DNA of 64,000 bases from the human T2T-CHM13v2.0 reference genome, Homo sapiens (GCF_009914755.1 NC_060927.1); one strand, 5' to 3'; positions 22,490-35,657 are shown, counted from the stretch's first letter. A program made the numbers and translations. The notes: generated by a model from the sequence alone, not told the origin.

Positions 22490-24070
22490 TGAGGACACTA
22501 AGGTTGATGTGGCTTTCTGGCCCAAATGTACCTGGGGAAGTCCCAGGGAGGCTACTGGGGCTTTACAAGAATGCTGGCCAGAGACTTGAGTCCAGAATAC
22601 TGTCCCAGTTGCCCTGATGATTCTTTCTTTCAGCAGCTCCCTCAATGTGCATCATTCAGCAGGTGCCTGAACAAGTGGGTAGTTTCTCAACTACAACAGG
22701 AGGGGCTAGAGATGAGACTGGTCACCCGAGGATCTGCTGCTAGACATACGTTGGAGAGCCTGGTCACAGCTCAGAGATATGTGCATTGTCCAACAATTTT
22801 CTGCACAGATAAGATAGTTCATTGATTGCATCAGGAGGAGCTGGAACAGAAACTGGACCCCCTTGGAATCTGCTATAGGACAGATACTGGAATGTCCATC
22901 TCATTGGCTCAGATAGGCATGCATCTCCCAGCAAGCCTTAGCACAGATGGGACAGTTCCCAGAGTGCACTGGGAGGTGCCAGAGTGGAGACCTGGCCCCC
23001 TCTGGATCTGCCGTGGAGCAGAGGCTAGAGAGCCCAGTCTCACTGGCTCAAAATGATGCATGTCTTTCAGCAAGTTTCTGCACAGACAGGATAATCCCTG
23101 ATTGTAGTGGGAAGTGCCAAAGCTGAGACTGGGTCTCCTAAAGATCTCCTGTGGGACAGAGGCTGGAGAGCCTATCTTCTTGGCTCATAGAAGTATGTAC
23201 CTCCCAGAGGTCTCAGCATGGATGGGATAGTTCTCCGACTGCAATAGTAGGGCTGGAGCTGAGGCTGGGGAATGGTGTCTGGGGAGCATGGTCTCATTGG
23301 TTCAGAGGAGCACATGTCTCCCAGGAGAACCCTGCCCAGATGGGTTAGTTCCTCAGCTGCATCAGGATTTGCTGGAGCTGAGGCTAGTCACCCATAGGAT
23401 CTGCTGTGGGGCAGAGGCTGAAGAACCCAGCCTTGTTGGCTCAGAGGAGATAGCATCTCCCAGCAAGTTCCTGGGCAGACAAGATAGTTCCCTGTCTTCA
23501 GTAGAAGGGGACAGAGAGGAGACTGGGTCCCCATGGAATCTGCTATGGGACAGAGGTAGGCGAGCCCTTCAGGGAGGCTCTGACTCCTGGCCTGTAAGAT
23601 ACAAGTGAGGCTTCCTCTGTGTCCTTGCATGAGCATCTCTAAGCTGACACCTCAGCTGAGGAGAGCTAGAGCTAAACCCCAGAGGAAGCTTCAGGTTCAC
23701 TGCTGAGACTAATGTCAGTGAACAAATGAGCCTTTCCTCCAAGGCACTAGTGTGCATGATTCCTTTTGCACCCCTTGACAGATGGCTTTGAATGCAGTCT
23801 CAAGGCCAAATGGAGCTATAGCAAACCCCCTTGGAGAACTGGGCCATTTCTGGGCTTGAACCCGGGAGCAAGCTTCATGGATCAGCCACCTGGTTGTCTG
23901 CACTCTCAAAATGACCTTCCTAGGTGTTGGGCTCCATTGAGATTTTTCAAAAACTTCTATTAAATCCTGAGGCTCTTGCAGAGAGACTTGACTGTGAATG
24001 GGTGCAGGTCTTATTTGGTGGATATAAGCAGGATACTGTCTATTCTGACATTTTGATGACATTCCTACCT
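22490..24070 (-). mobile_element. L1M 5' UTR with an internal tandem monomer array
   Basis: Minus-strand start ...GTCATCAAAATGTCAGAATAG resembles the L1 CAAGATGGC.GAATAG 5' end; abuts the ORF2 fragment; ORF1 missing. Confidence 0.7.
22670..23570. repeat. Degenerate ~137-bp tandem repeat, about 7 units
   Basis: Anchor G(G/A)ATCTGC-like motif at 22731, 22867, 23005, 23143, 23398 and 23537, with one shortened unit near 23270. Confidence 0.88.
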
Positions 24071-25319
24071 GGTTTCTTCCATTGATCTTAATACTAATAA
24101 AATTTTTCTTCTTATTATTACATAATAATAATACTATTATTAACTTCATGTATTAATTTAAATGGGTACCTGCCATGCATGGAAGTTAGGTCTATTGTTT
24201 GAGATAGCTCATATAGCTTCCTAGAGCTAAAACTTTGAAGTTAACAATAGCTTGTTCTATTGAGGAGCTCACAAACTAAAACAAAGTTGTCAATTTTCAA
24301 AAATAAGAAACATTATAATGTCCATACAACTTGATTCTTGCGTATTTTAAAAATATTTTTCTATGTTGAGTTACTCAGTAAAAATACCTAAAATTGTCCG
24401 TTGTAACTATAAATTATAATATTAAAGTATATTATTCTTTTGGTAGATTTTCAAAATTATACCTTAATTTCTCTTTCATAAGGATTTTTCAGTGAATTTG
24501 ATGTTAGGAACAGAGGTTTACATAAGGTGGCAGATAAAATAAGGGAGTATTGTATTTGTTGTTTTTCTCACCAGATTCAAATGCACAAGGGTAAACCTCA
24601 CAATTTGCTAGGTGCAAATCACAAAAACAAAGGTGTCAAAAGTGAATTCATAGAAACAAATCTATTAACCTTTTTAAACGGCAAATTTAGATAGATTACA
24701 AAACTGTTTCTCTTATTCATGTGTTAGATCTTCTGGGGCCAGTGGCATACACTAATCACTGAGATTGATCATATGGAGCCAATTTGGGGCATTTTTTTTC
24801 CCAAATAAATGTTACTAACTATTGAGTTAACATTATACAATACTTTCCTACTGTAATATTTTTGGAAACATTTCCAAGAAAATATAGTTTAATGGAAATA
24901 AACGCAAGTTTTTATACCCTTTTTGGCTAGGTGAAAATGTACAGATAATAAGGGGCAAGATTAGAATGCTCTATGTAATATAACTGAAAATAATTTCGGA
25001 GAAACCTGCTTTTATATGTAGTTAAATGGGAAATTTGCAGACATTTTAAAATAGATTCAACTATAAAGGTTTAAGAATGGATTAAATAAAATAGGTTGAT
25101 CCCATGATAACCTTGGAGCAAGAGATGGTTGTAATGTGATTTATCATCAAAATCTTTGACAGTCCCAGCATTATAATTCACCAGAAAAAAATAGTTGTGT
25201 AAAGGTGAGATTTGAGGATTGCTAGGAATAACTCCTCTCATGAAAATATCTTTTATAGGTGCCTAAAACTTCATTTTAGGAAGGAGTATACTTTGGGTCT
25301 TCAATATTTTTGTAAAGAA

Positions 25320-25476
25320 AGTAGTGCAGTAGGATGTCAAACAGAATTGGGTTTGAATTCAAACTCTGTCACTCACTAGATACAGCCTTAGATAAAATAC
25401 CTTTCTGAGACACAATTTCTTTATTTATAAAATCAGGTTAATAATACTTAACTTCTAGCCAATTATGGAAATTAAA
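25320..25476 (+). mobile_element. MIR
   Basis: gggtttgaattcaaactctgtcactcactag...tttctttatttataaaat core. Confidence 0.75.
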
Positions 25477-25721
25477 ACTACAATAAGCTAAAACACAAAA
25501 ATCCTTTCTGGAAAATAATTTTCTTCCATCATCAAATAAAAAAAATTCTTCAAGAGTTTATTATTTGAATGATTTCTTCCAGCTAGTGGAGGGAACTGTA
25601 TTCTTCTTGATCTTAATGTAGGATAGTGACCCTGAAAATTAATGTGTGTGGATGATGAGTCTAGAGGAAAAAGAAAGAATATATAAGGGCAACTTCTGAT
25701 AATTTTATGATACATTTTTTT

Positions 25722-25724
<3 letters not shown>

Positions 25725-25755
<31 letters not shown>

Positions 25756-26034
25756 AGACGGAGTCTCGCTATCGCCCAGGCTAGAGTGCAGTGGCGTGAT
25801 CTCGGCTCACTTCAAGCTCTGCCCCCTGGGGTTCACGCCATTCTCCTGCCTCAGCCTCCCGAGTAGCTGGGACTACAGGCGCCCGCCACCTTGCCAGGCT
25901 AATTTTTTGTATTTTTAGTAGAGACGGGGTTTCACCGTGTTAGCCAGGATGGTCTCGATCTCCTGACCTTGTGATCCGCCCGCCTCGGCCTCCCAAAGTG
26001 CTGGGATTACAGGCGTGAGCCACCGCGCCCGGTC
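25725..26034 (-). mobile_element. Young AluY
   Basis: CpG-rich AluY, pure T30 tail, 16-bp perfect TSD ACATTTTTTTAACTTT (25712-25727 and 26035-26050). Confidence 0.97.
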
Positions 26035-27121
26035 ACATTTTTTTAACTTTAATACAGTAATTCCAGCTCTGAAATTTGATACTATGGAATAATTGTCAAC
26101 ACAAACTCTATACAATGAGATGTCTGTGCATAATTTTTAAATAGTAACATTCATAACAATAAAAATAGAAAAAATATGTTTAAGGATAGAAAATTATTTA
26201 AATATATCATAATACAGCCATTGTATAAAGTTTTATGCAATAATTTAAAAAGACTTACCATTGTAAGAGGAAAAGGTAATTGATGTCTATATTTACATGT
26301 ATAGAAATATAAGATTGGGAAAAAGTAGAACAAAATTATCATGGACTATATGGAGAATATATTCTCATATAGAAAATATATTTTCTCATAGAATATATGT
26401 ATATGTATGTATACAGAATCTCATTAATTTTATGGGAGACATTTTTTCTTACTTTTCTCTCTTCTATGAAAAAGGCTTCTATTGCATGTACAGAAACCAA
26501 AATAAAATAATGGATGAAGCATAAATTTGTCAAAGCAAATGTCCACAGCAGTCTGTAGTCATTGTGATGTCAGAACAGTAATGGACTTACTGGCTTGACA
26601 ATAGACTATATTAGTTTCTAAGCTTCATGAACTAAAATTCACCAAGTAGTTGCTGGTAAAGTAACAGTCATGTGATAGTTGCTTTTTATGTATTTTACAC
26701 ATTAATACATAAAACCATAGTAGAACAAAATTCAAGATGTTCAGAGCTAAGTATCACTGATAACTTGAAATAAATAGTCCATTAGATTTGAAAACAAAAT
26801 TTAAAAAGTTTAAGTTAAGGCTGAAGATGTTACTCTTTTCTGAATACCATTCCTTTACTACTTGTTGGCTTAACTGAACTTGTCTTCAAACTACCTTTCC
26901 ATTTTTTCACAAAACATTTTCGAGGCTGTGGGAGCCACCAGCATTTTCTGGACTCAAGGCAATGGCATTACAGATGCCATAGCCACATTTCTCCATTGTG
27001 GGCTTGGAGAAAGCTAATCAACCAAATATTCCAATGTGAAATTTCTGCAATATCAGAAAAATATACAAGTCTAAAAATGAAGTATTATGTTTGAACCCTT
27101 AATTCCTTTATCTTGATAATA

Positions 27122-27358
27122 CAATTGTCCCTTGGACAGCACAGATTTGAACTGTGATCTACTTATAAGTGGGTTTTTTTTTTCACCAAATGCAGATGGA
27201 AAATACAGTATTCATGGAATGCAAAACTGAAATATATGGAGGGCTGGCTTTTCATATTCGGGTGTTCTGCAGGGCCGACTGCAGGACTTGAATAGGCATG
27301 GATTTGTTTTACATGGGAGTCCTGAACTCAATCTTCCACAAATACCAAGGGATGATGG
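27122..27358 (-). mobile_element. MER8-like Tigger2 MITE
   Basis: Reverse-complement homolog of 10893-11176, flanked by TA. Confidence 0.85.
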
Positions 27359-27374
27359 TATATACGTCAAAATA

Positions 27375-27490
27375 CACTGGACCCACCATATCCATGGTTT
27401 CTGCATCCAGGGATTGAACTGTGGATAGAAAATATTCAAAAATGAAAACAATAGAAAATAACAATACAACAATAAAAATAATGCAACATT
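27375..27490 (-). mobile_element. MER2-like fragment (TcMar-Tigger)
   Basis: ccatatccatggtttctgcatccagggattgaactgtggatagaaaatattc...aataacaatacaacaataaaa matches the MER2 terminus. Confidence 0.7.
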
Positions 27491-27839
27491 TGAAGCAAAG
27501 GGCAGATCTCTTTTCTGTCCAAAATAATGGAGATAATGTGTCTCTCTAGGGTAAATGTAAAGCAGATTTGCTTGCTTTCTATTATGACACCTTGGGATTT
27601 TCCGAGCTTGATAGTTTTCTTAGGAATGAGCAAAACTAGTGTATGCAACCCACCTGAAACATTCATCTGGCTTAGTCTGTGTTGACCCGATGAGATTGGG
27701 AGGACAAAGTGGATAGATACTAAAATGAAGCTCATGCTGCTTGTTGTGTTGTTTTCTGCCAATGTCCATAAAATTGTTGCAGACCAATTTATGAGACTGC
27801 AAGCAGGGTAAAATCTCTGACCCTTCACATTCCCTGGTA
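27491..27839 (+). mobile_element. ERVL-class LTR 3' part (MER77/MER76-like, family tentative)
   Basis: Ends TGCAAGCAGGGTAAAATCTCTGACCCTTCACA; shares motifs with 60149-60620. Confidence 0.6.
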
Positions 27840-29111
27840 GAAACTGAGAACTAAATTTCTCACTATCTTTAGCAACAGCACAGCACCTATTGTTGCATAT
27901 CTCTATGTCAATTCTTGCATGAATATTTTGATCTCATTTTCTGTTTCTTCAGACTACCTGAGGACTGTTTATAATACGTATTACTTAGTGATGCAAAACA
28001 TGCATGTATAATGTATGTATAGGTGGGTACATAAATATTGAGATTAAGAGTTAAGATATAAACATCGATTCTTTGGAATGCATTTATTTTTATCGAAGAA
28101 GTACAGATCTGATACTAAGAAAAAAGGAGAAGCAATAAAAAATAAATACTGGCTACTAGTTTCCTTATTTCTTCCCTATTCTCTCTATACCTCTGATATC
28201 TTTGTATTTTTAAGTGACCTAGTTTTATTCCTTGTTAATTGTGAGGAAATAAGAGCTGTAATAAGAGCTGTGGAGACATAAGAGAAAACAGAGTAGAAGA
28301 AGAGTGGCAGAGAGACAGAAAGGAAAAATCCAGAGATAAATTAAAAATTGGATTATCTCCCTTCTGTCTTCTGATGATTCTTTATTCTGCTTTCTGTACT
28401 CTGATAATGAAGTACAATTTACATGTTAACTTTTTACCAAGTTGACATTTAGAGGGCAATTTTAAGTGGATCCCTTCTGACTCAGCAACTTTCTACATTT
28501 GATAATGCTTATTGTTTTACGTACATACACAGATTATTTCTGGCTTCACATGGGAATTTCAGTTTGCCTAGATCTGAAAGGTTTTTTTTCTAGCTTAAGA
28601 GAAGCATTTTGGGAATATAAGCTGGGATCTACATTTGGAGTGTTTTGTTGTACAAAAGTGATGAAAAACCTTTTCTAAAACTAGGGAATATGGGAAATAA
28701 AGCTTAGAAATCAGTAAGAAAGAACTTGATCAACTGACTAGGGAGGAAAGTAGATGATAAGACAAAGGCAGAAATTAAAAATTGGGGACATAGATGGAAT
28801 GAAGAAATTTAATAATTGGAAAATTCTAGTTTGATGATTGGATTGATTTTGATAAAATGTATAAACAATAGGTGGTGACATGACAGAATATTGTTTTGTT
28901 CATAATATTAAAGAGAAATTGGGAGGAGAAATTTATTCATAACATTAAAGAGTAACCAAGAAAAACATTAAAAATTATGATTGGTTAACACACAGATTAA
29001 GGAAGTGGAATGCTTTTTGAGGGCAAAATGATACTTTCTCAAGAGAGAAGATGTTTCTGTCTCTTACACTGCTTTTGCGGAGTGGAAATTGTTCCAGAAT
29101 TAGGATATTAC

Positions 29112-29530
29112 CTGTATGAGTTTCCTGTGACTGCTGTAACAAGTTGCCACAAACCTGGTGGCTTAAAACATCAGAAATTAAATCAGCAAGGCTACATTCC
29201 CTTGGAAGGTTCTGGGATAGAGTCCATTCCTTGCATCTTCTAGATATTGGTGGCCACTAGTATTCCATGACTTGTGGCCACATCACTCCAATCTTTACCT
29301 CTGTATTTACGTTGTTTTTTCCTCTGTCTGTGTTTGCCTAATTCCTTCTGCCTTCCACTTATAATGATACCTGCAATGGCATTTAGGGCCCACCCAGGTA
29401 ATTCAGGGCAGTCTCCTCATCTAGAAACCTGGTTTTACTACATCTGCAAAACTTTCCACGTAAGATAACATTCAGGAAATCCAGGGACTACAACCTGCTA
29501 CTTTAAAAGGCCACCATTGAGCCCACATCA
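29112..29530 (-). mobile_element. MLT1C-like solo LTR
   Basis: TGTATGAGTTTCCTGTGACTGCTGTAACAAGTTGCCACAAACCTGGTGGCTTAAAACA...TTAGGGCCCACCC...TACATCTGCAAAAC. Confidence 0.85.
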
Positions 29531-30074
29531 CTGCCTAACAGTGACTGGCCAAAGTGGCAGCTGGTGACTAAGAACCCAGTCATTTTTCTGTCTAACAAGC
29601 TGTGCCATCCAGAGGTCAATGCACCCTTTTATAACTTGCACCATGGACATTGTTAGAACTCAGTACTTTTGGAAAAATATTTGAAAAGTTGATAGAAATA
29701 CCAGATTTTCATAAGGCAAGGTTTTACCTAGGAGGCAATCCCAAAGATGTCATTTGACTATGAAGGAACAGTGGATTCAAATGAACAGTAATTCAGAAGG
29801 AAAAAGTCTTGGAATAACAGAGAAATTTCTTTGGTTTTTTATACAAACCAAACTAAAATACTTCTTTTGAAGTATTCATTTTTTTATTTCCCAAATGAAC
29901 AGACTTCTCTCATTTATTTTTGAAGAAATATATTTGAATGAAAACACTTGATGGTAAGTATCTGCAACAGTTCATTATCTCCTCTATTAAAATAGAAGCC
30001 CTAGCTGTGTACAACCATGGGGAACAGCAGAAACATGCTTTTTACTTTCACAGAAGTTCTTCATGGGTTAATGT

Positions 30075-30275
30075 AAAGAGGACTAGATTTAAAATTATGG
30101 AAAGGCAACTTAACTGGCTGTATCACTAGCTTTGATTTTGTGCAAGTCATTAAACTTCTTTGAGCTAAAGTTTCCTCTACATAATAGTAACAGTCATATC
30201 TACATCACAGGAATGCTGCTAGTGATATAGGACCATATAAAAAAACACTAAACATGGTATCTAGAAACATAAATT
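30075..30275 (+). mobile_element. MIR
   Basis: gcaagtcattaaacttctttgagctaaagtttcctctac core. Confidence 0.65.
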
Positions 30276-30439
30276 TACATCGTATTCTTTTTTATTTTTG
30301 AGGGAGAGATGACATGTAACAAAAAGCAGAAACATACCCAGAATGAGCTGTGAGGCAGGAATTGCACAAGTAGCAATCTAATGTTGCTTTCTTTGGTCAT
30401 TTATTCAAATGTTAAAAATTACAATTATTCCAAGGTATA

Positions 30440-32840
30440 TTAGTGGATGTTAATATTTTCTTTTTATACTTACATAGCAGAATTATGCTCATTCTGCACT
30501 ATTTCCTTTTTCTTTTGAATACATGGCATATGACATTGCCCTATCTTGCATGTAGTTAGGTAACAATTATACTGAATTAAGGCTAATCGAATATGGATCT
30601 AAAAGATATACGCCACTTCTAGACCTGGCCCCGAGAAATCTCTCATGAAATATTCCATGCAATGCTTGTTTCTTTGCCTGCTAGACAGATGCAGAAAATT
30701 TAATAGAAGTCTCTGAGGCCCTGGAGTAGAACTGTCCATGGGCTAAATCTAGCTAGCCTAAATGTTTTATTGGATTTAAATTTGAGACTGTATTATAAGT
30801 GTATTTTTGTAATATTTCATTAAAACAGATGCATGTTCATTCATTAATGCTGGTTTCTTGCTACAATGGCTGAGTTGTATAGTAAGGCTGAAACTGTATG
30901 TCCACAAAGACTAACATATTTACTATCTGGTGCTTTAAGGAAAATTTGCTGATCCTTTCCCAAGAGCATAATGGACATGCAAGATAAAGGGAGCCTACAT
31001 CTCTTAATAATTGAAGAGAGCAGAATGTCCTTTATCTGTCCCTTCCCACAGCCCTGTGCTTATTCATGTTGGATTGCAATATGAGTGAGAAACTTAATTT
31101 AAGATTAAGTTTATGGTTTTTTTAAATTTCTGCAGCTAGCATTTACTTCAATGCAGAAATTAGTACTGGCAGTGGGATGATGTTATAATAAAACCTAAAA
31201 TATATGGCATGTTTAGCTGTGGTGTGATAAGTTGCACCAAAACCAATACCAGAGGCAGGCAGTATGTTTATCTGCATTATATTTGGTGAAAGCATTTTCT
31301 ACAATAACTTGGAAATCAGACTTTATGCCTTCTTATGCTAGTAGATCTATGAGAAATGGATAATAATAATCAGAACATAAATGTGTGTTGGCTACTATTG
31401 CCTGTCATTGGCAAGATATTACAAAATCCAAGTGAGCTCAGGAAGGATTATGCCAATTTGCAAGCAGAGGTGAAAGGAAATAGTGTCCAGAAATTCAAGG
31501 GTTTTCAGTGCCATAAAAGTTTCCAGATCACAGATAGTCAGGGTTGTGATTTTCAAAAAGCTCTGAGCTATGAAGGCCCAAGGAGATTACTCAGTTGAAC
31601 TGTGACTCAGCTCTGCAGCAAATTAGATCAATAGTGTTACATTCTAACTGAAGATTATTGTTTCAGATAGTCTCAAGGTAGTCACCATTAAATTGAAAGA
31701 GATGGGCATCTGAATGGAGTAATGAAGCAAAGGAATAAAGAATATTTGAGAATTATACTTAATGAAAGAAACTTGAATGTGGTTACCAGGTTATAGAGCC
31801 GATTGGAAGCAATTACATCAGGGGCCTACTAAGTTTTTGAGATAACTGTGTTTCCCAGGAAATGTGTAAACATTGACTAGCAAACAAACAAAAAACAAAA
31901 AATGCATTGCAAGCTTTAAAACCATTCCCTGTGGGAAGAAGGCAGGAGGAGCCCTATAGTCCTTAAGGATGGGTGTAATTTCCTAAAGCCTTTCAGGTGT
32001 GACCATGAAGATTTCAGGTAAGAAGGATCCACCTTGGGTCAGAGTTATGGACCATAGAGAGCAGTGACGAAGGCATTTCTCTCAGCATGCAGAATCATCA
32101 GGGATCTTCCTACATCTCCATGTTGGAGGGCCTCCTCAATGTTAGCCGGTATCACTATCAGTCTATGTCAGTCAGTATCACTGCAGACTACTGACTGATG
32201 CATTTTTTTTCCGTTCATTGAGGTTATTCTACATTTGTTCCACTGCTATATATTGGGTTGATGACAGGGGCAGGAGGAAGAGTTGGAGGGCAGATACTTA
32301 TTTTTTTTTAATTGACAAGTCACTGAATCATGAGGAATCACAGATGAAACTTTGCAATTTCTTCAAGGGGAGGAATAACAAGCATATTCAATGACAATAA
32401 CAATGGTCTGAGTCAGAGATAACTCTAGGTTTTCACCAAACTTCATTTCTCTTTCCTCCGGGCAACTAGCTAAACTGTATTTCTCTGAAACCTTGTATTG
32501 AAATGGAGCCACCTGACTGAATTCTGGCCAATGGTACGTGGATGGAATTCATGTATGTTCCTTCCAGACTGTCCCTTCATTCTTTGCGCCTCCTCCCTCC
32601 ATCTACTCTCTCTTTTTTTTTTTTTTTTTTGTTTCCTGCTAGCCATTAAGGAAGTATGTAGATCTTCAGAATGGTGACAGAACAGGAAGAAAACCTCCTG
32701 GGTTACTGAAACACTGCATAGTGCAATATCCCCCAAAATTGCACTGGAATGTGATATGAGTCAGAAATTAACTCAGTGACTTAATTAAGCCACCAAAATA
32801 TCCAGATGTATTTTACTCCAGCTAGTATTTGTTCTTACAA
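30440..32840 (+). mobile_element. Ancient MLT1 (J/I/H-like) element: LTR-internal-LTR
   Basis: 5' LTR ~30440-31155; internal region starting GAAATTAGTACTGGCAGTGGGATG...; 3' LTR ~32410-32840; shared LTR motifs (ctgaatt..ggc.aat; tatgagt.agaaa.ttaa; cagctag.attt). Confidence 0.72.
30725..30960 (-). mobile_element. MER58 (hAT-Charlie) inserted in the MLT1 5' LTR
   Basis: gctacaatggctgagttgtatagt...ccacaaagactaacatatttactatctggtgctttaaggaaaatttgctgatcc. Confidence 0.8.
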
Positions 32841-33670
32841 ATGAAATTTCATGAGTTTTCGCCCATGAGTTTATTTTTGCATTTTTACTGTTCTCTGTTT
32901 TGTCTCTTGCTGTGTAATTATATGACAGCTTTCCTCACTTTGCTGAACAATTTGCGAATTTTCATAGACCTCGTTCTTAGAACTTTTACCTTTGTTGTTC
33001 TCTATGTTTTATATTCAGTCTCACTTCTAAATGCATTATTCAAAGAACAAAATAGAGTAAACATCATATAAAAAATTATGTTCCCTTGAACATAGACTAT
33101 TTCAGGTTCCATTTTAAAATATTTGTTTAGGGTAGTTTTATAGATTTGTTATCTAAAAGACATATCACAAGTCTTTAGATATATGGCCTAAAAGTCAGGA
33201 TTATCTCTTCTCAGTATTGGCACATATGAACTTGTTTTAGCTTTATTTCCATTTGAGTCTGCCTTTTCAACATTCTTGTCCTTTTTCTGTATTTCTTAGC
33301 TTTGTAAATAGTTTTTCCTCTTCTGAACTCCTGCATTCTTGAGGAGAAAAATAAATTCCAGTAGAGCAATTTCTCATGAGTATTTCCCCAGTAAATATTT
33401 TAAAATATTATAGTAGTCAATCTCTTTCCAAAAAATTGCATCTTTTTATTTTTTCCTTTCTTTCTTTGACTTAATAAAAGGTAAACTTTGAAAGTGCAAC
33501 AGTTTTGTGTAGAGTTTAAAGATTCTAGAGCACCGTTATGTGAAGATGAGTTTCTTAATGATGGGCTCAAAAGGCAATTAAAATTTTTATTAGGATATAA
33601 TTTTTAATAACACATTTTTTCTCTCCAATCTCAAAATCTAAATCTAGTCTTCTGACTGAGAAATCTTACG

Positions 33671-33988
33671 TTTTTTTTTTTTTTTTTTTTGGACAGAGTC
33701 TTGCTCTGTCACCCAGGCTAGAGTGTAGTGGCACAATCTTGGCTCACTGCAACCTCTGCCTCCTGGGTTCAAGTGATTCTTATACCTTCATACCTCAGCA
33801 TCCTGAGTAGCCAGGATCACAGGCCTGTGTCACCATGGCCAGCTAATTCTGGTATTTTTTTTGGTAGAGACTAGATTTTGCAATGGTCTTGAATTCCAGG
33901 CTGGTCTTGAATTCCTGGCCTCAAGTAATCCGCCTGTCTCAGCCTCCCAAAGTTCTGGGATTACAAGCGTGAGATACCATGCCCAGCC
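33671..33988 (-). mobile_element. AluJ (Jb-like)
   Basis: Dimeric Alu with T20 tail; TSD TCTTACG (33664-33670 and 33989-33995); two small internal duplications. Confidence 0.92.
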
Positions 33989-34659
33989 TCTTACGATTTT
34001 TTGATAGAATAAGTTTAACTGGATGTAAACCCAGAACAACTTCTCTAACATGCTTACTAAATAAACCTCTTTATTACACTTACTACACCAGATTTATTGT
34101 GAAACTAAATAATGTGAAAGACAGAGAAAAATTATTGAACTGTTTTTGGATTGAGCACAGTGGTGGAGTGAACAACACTAATGAGAATGTTTAATTTCTC
34201 AAAATTAAGTCCTTTTAAAATTACTATAGTGAATGGATTGTACATTTAGAAATGTTCATATAAGCATACTTATTTTGACAATTTGCTAAAAATAGGACTT
34301 ACAAACACTAGTATAAGATATACAACATATAAATAAAATATTATCGTAATGAGTATAGATGTGACACATATTTTGGAATATGTGAATTTTTTAAAATTTA
34401 AAATCTAAAAATCTGGAAAGAACATCTAGAGAAATCTCTCACTAGCTGTTTGATCATTCAATTATTTTGCCTTTAATCTTATTTAGATAATGGATACATT
34501 GATTATATTATTCAATATCCTTTAATTTTAAAATTTTTACAAAGTTTTAAAATTTTATTGTCTATGATTTCAAATTATACACTACAAAATTCTATATAGA
34601 ATTTTACTTATATATTTTTAAAAGTTTTTATTTTAAAATAGTATATGCTTTCAAAGGGT

Positions 34660-34990
34660 AGGACAATTTTGACAGAGCTTTTGCATTTGGCCTATAAATT
34701 CCTTTGCATTGTGACAGCTTATTTTCTAATATTGTTAAACATATGTCTATACCCTGATCCAGCAATTCCATGCCTATGTATTTACCCAAATGAATTAACA
34801 TATATGTCTCCAGAAATATTGCACAGATATATTTCCAACCTCTATATTCATAATAATAAAGCACTGGAAAAATTTAGGAGAATGAATATATTGTGGTATA
34901 TTCATAAATAGAACATCACTCAACAATAAAAAATAATTCACTATTTATATATGTAACAACTTGAATAAATCTCACAAATATTATTTTATT
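34660..34990 (+). mobile_element. L1ME 3' fragment
   Basis: gatccagcaattccatgcctatgtatttacccaaatgaatt...ttgtggtatattcata...gaataaatctcacaaata. Confidence 0.8.
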
Positions 34991-35009
34991 ACTAATATAA
35001 ATGTATCAT

Positions 35010-35146
35010 TAATTCTTGTCAGTAGGTTTAAATTGGCAACAGTGTAAGTACTTACACCATAGAAATTGGCAAACTCTGCAAATCAGGGCTTCCATCCTCC
35101 TTAACTCTCTAGGAACTGGTTATTAAACATTTACTAGCACACAACT
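35010..35146. mobile_element. MER63-like (hAT-Blackjack) terminal fragment
   Basis: ttacaccatagaaattggcaaac...ctggttattaaacatttactagcacacaact. Confidence 0.65.
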
Positions 35147-35203
35147 ACATATTAGCTCATTTAGGAACACAAGACATGTAAGCAGTGGATCCAGGATTTA
35201 AAC

Positions 35204-35428
35204 CAAAGGGCAGCAAACTGTAAAGGGCTAGTTAGTTAGTAAATATATTTGACTTTGTGGATTATACTGTCTCTGTTGCAGTGACTCTACTCTGCATTTG
35301 TAGGGAGACAGCAGCCATAGATAGATAACACTGAAACAAATGTATAAGGCTGTGTTCAATACAACTTTACTTATAAAAATGGACAGCTGGCTAGAATTGG
35401 CATGTGGGCCATAGTTTGCTGATTCCTG
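35204..35428 (+). mobile_element. MER58A inserted in a MIR
   Basis: Colinear with the MER58A consensus; imperfect 8-bp TSD atttaaac / atctgaac. Confidence 0.88.
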
Positions 35429-35480
35429 ATCTGAACTAAAGCAATCTGACTTCTGAGTTGGCTTTCTGAACCATCATACC

Positions 35481-35657
35481 AGTAGTTTGCATCCTCCATG
35501 AGTATTGGAGCCTCTTCAGAAAATATTTTGTAATTATTAATGACCAGTTTCTACCCTAGAACAATTTAATCAGATCTCTGTATGTGGGCCTGGTCCTCAC
35601 GACTTTTTTAAGCTTTTTGGGTAACTCAGATGTATGGGCAGTGTTAAAAAGTCATTG
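35481..35657. mobile_element. MER5-like MITE
   Basis: caatttaatcagatctctgtatgtgggcctgg...ttttaagc...ggtaactcagatgt. Confidence 0.65.

Noticed and set aside
22670-23570. CRISPR-like or coding interpretation of the 137-bp array
   Set aside because: Whole units are homologous with no unique spacers, the ORFs over it are inconsistent in frame, and its position fits an L1 5' UTR
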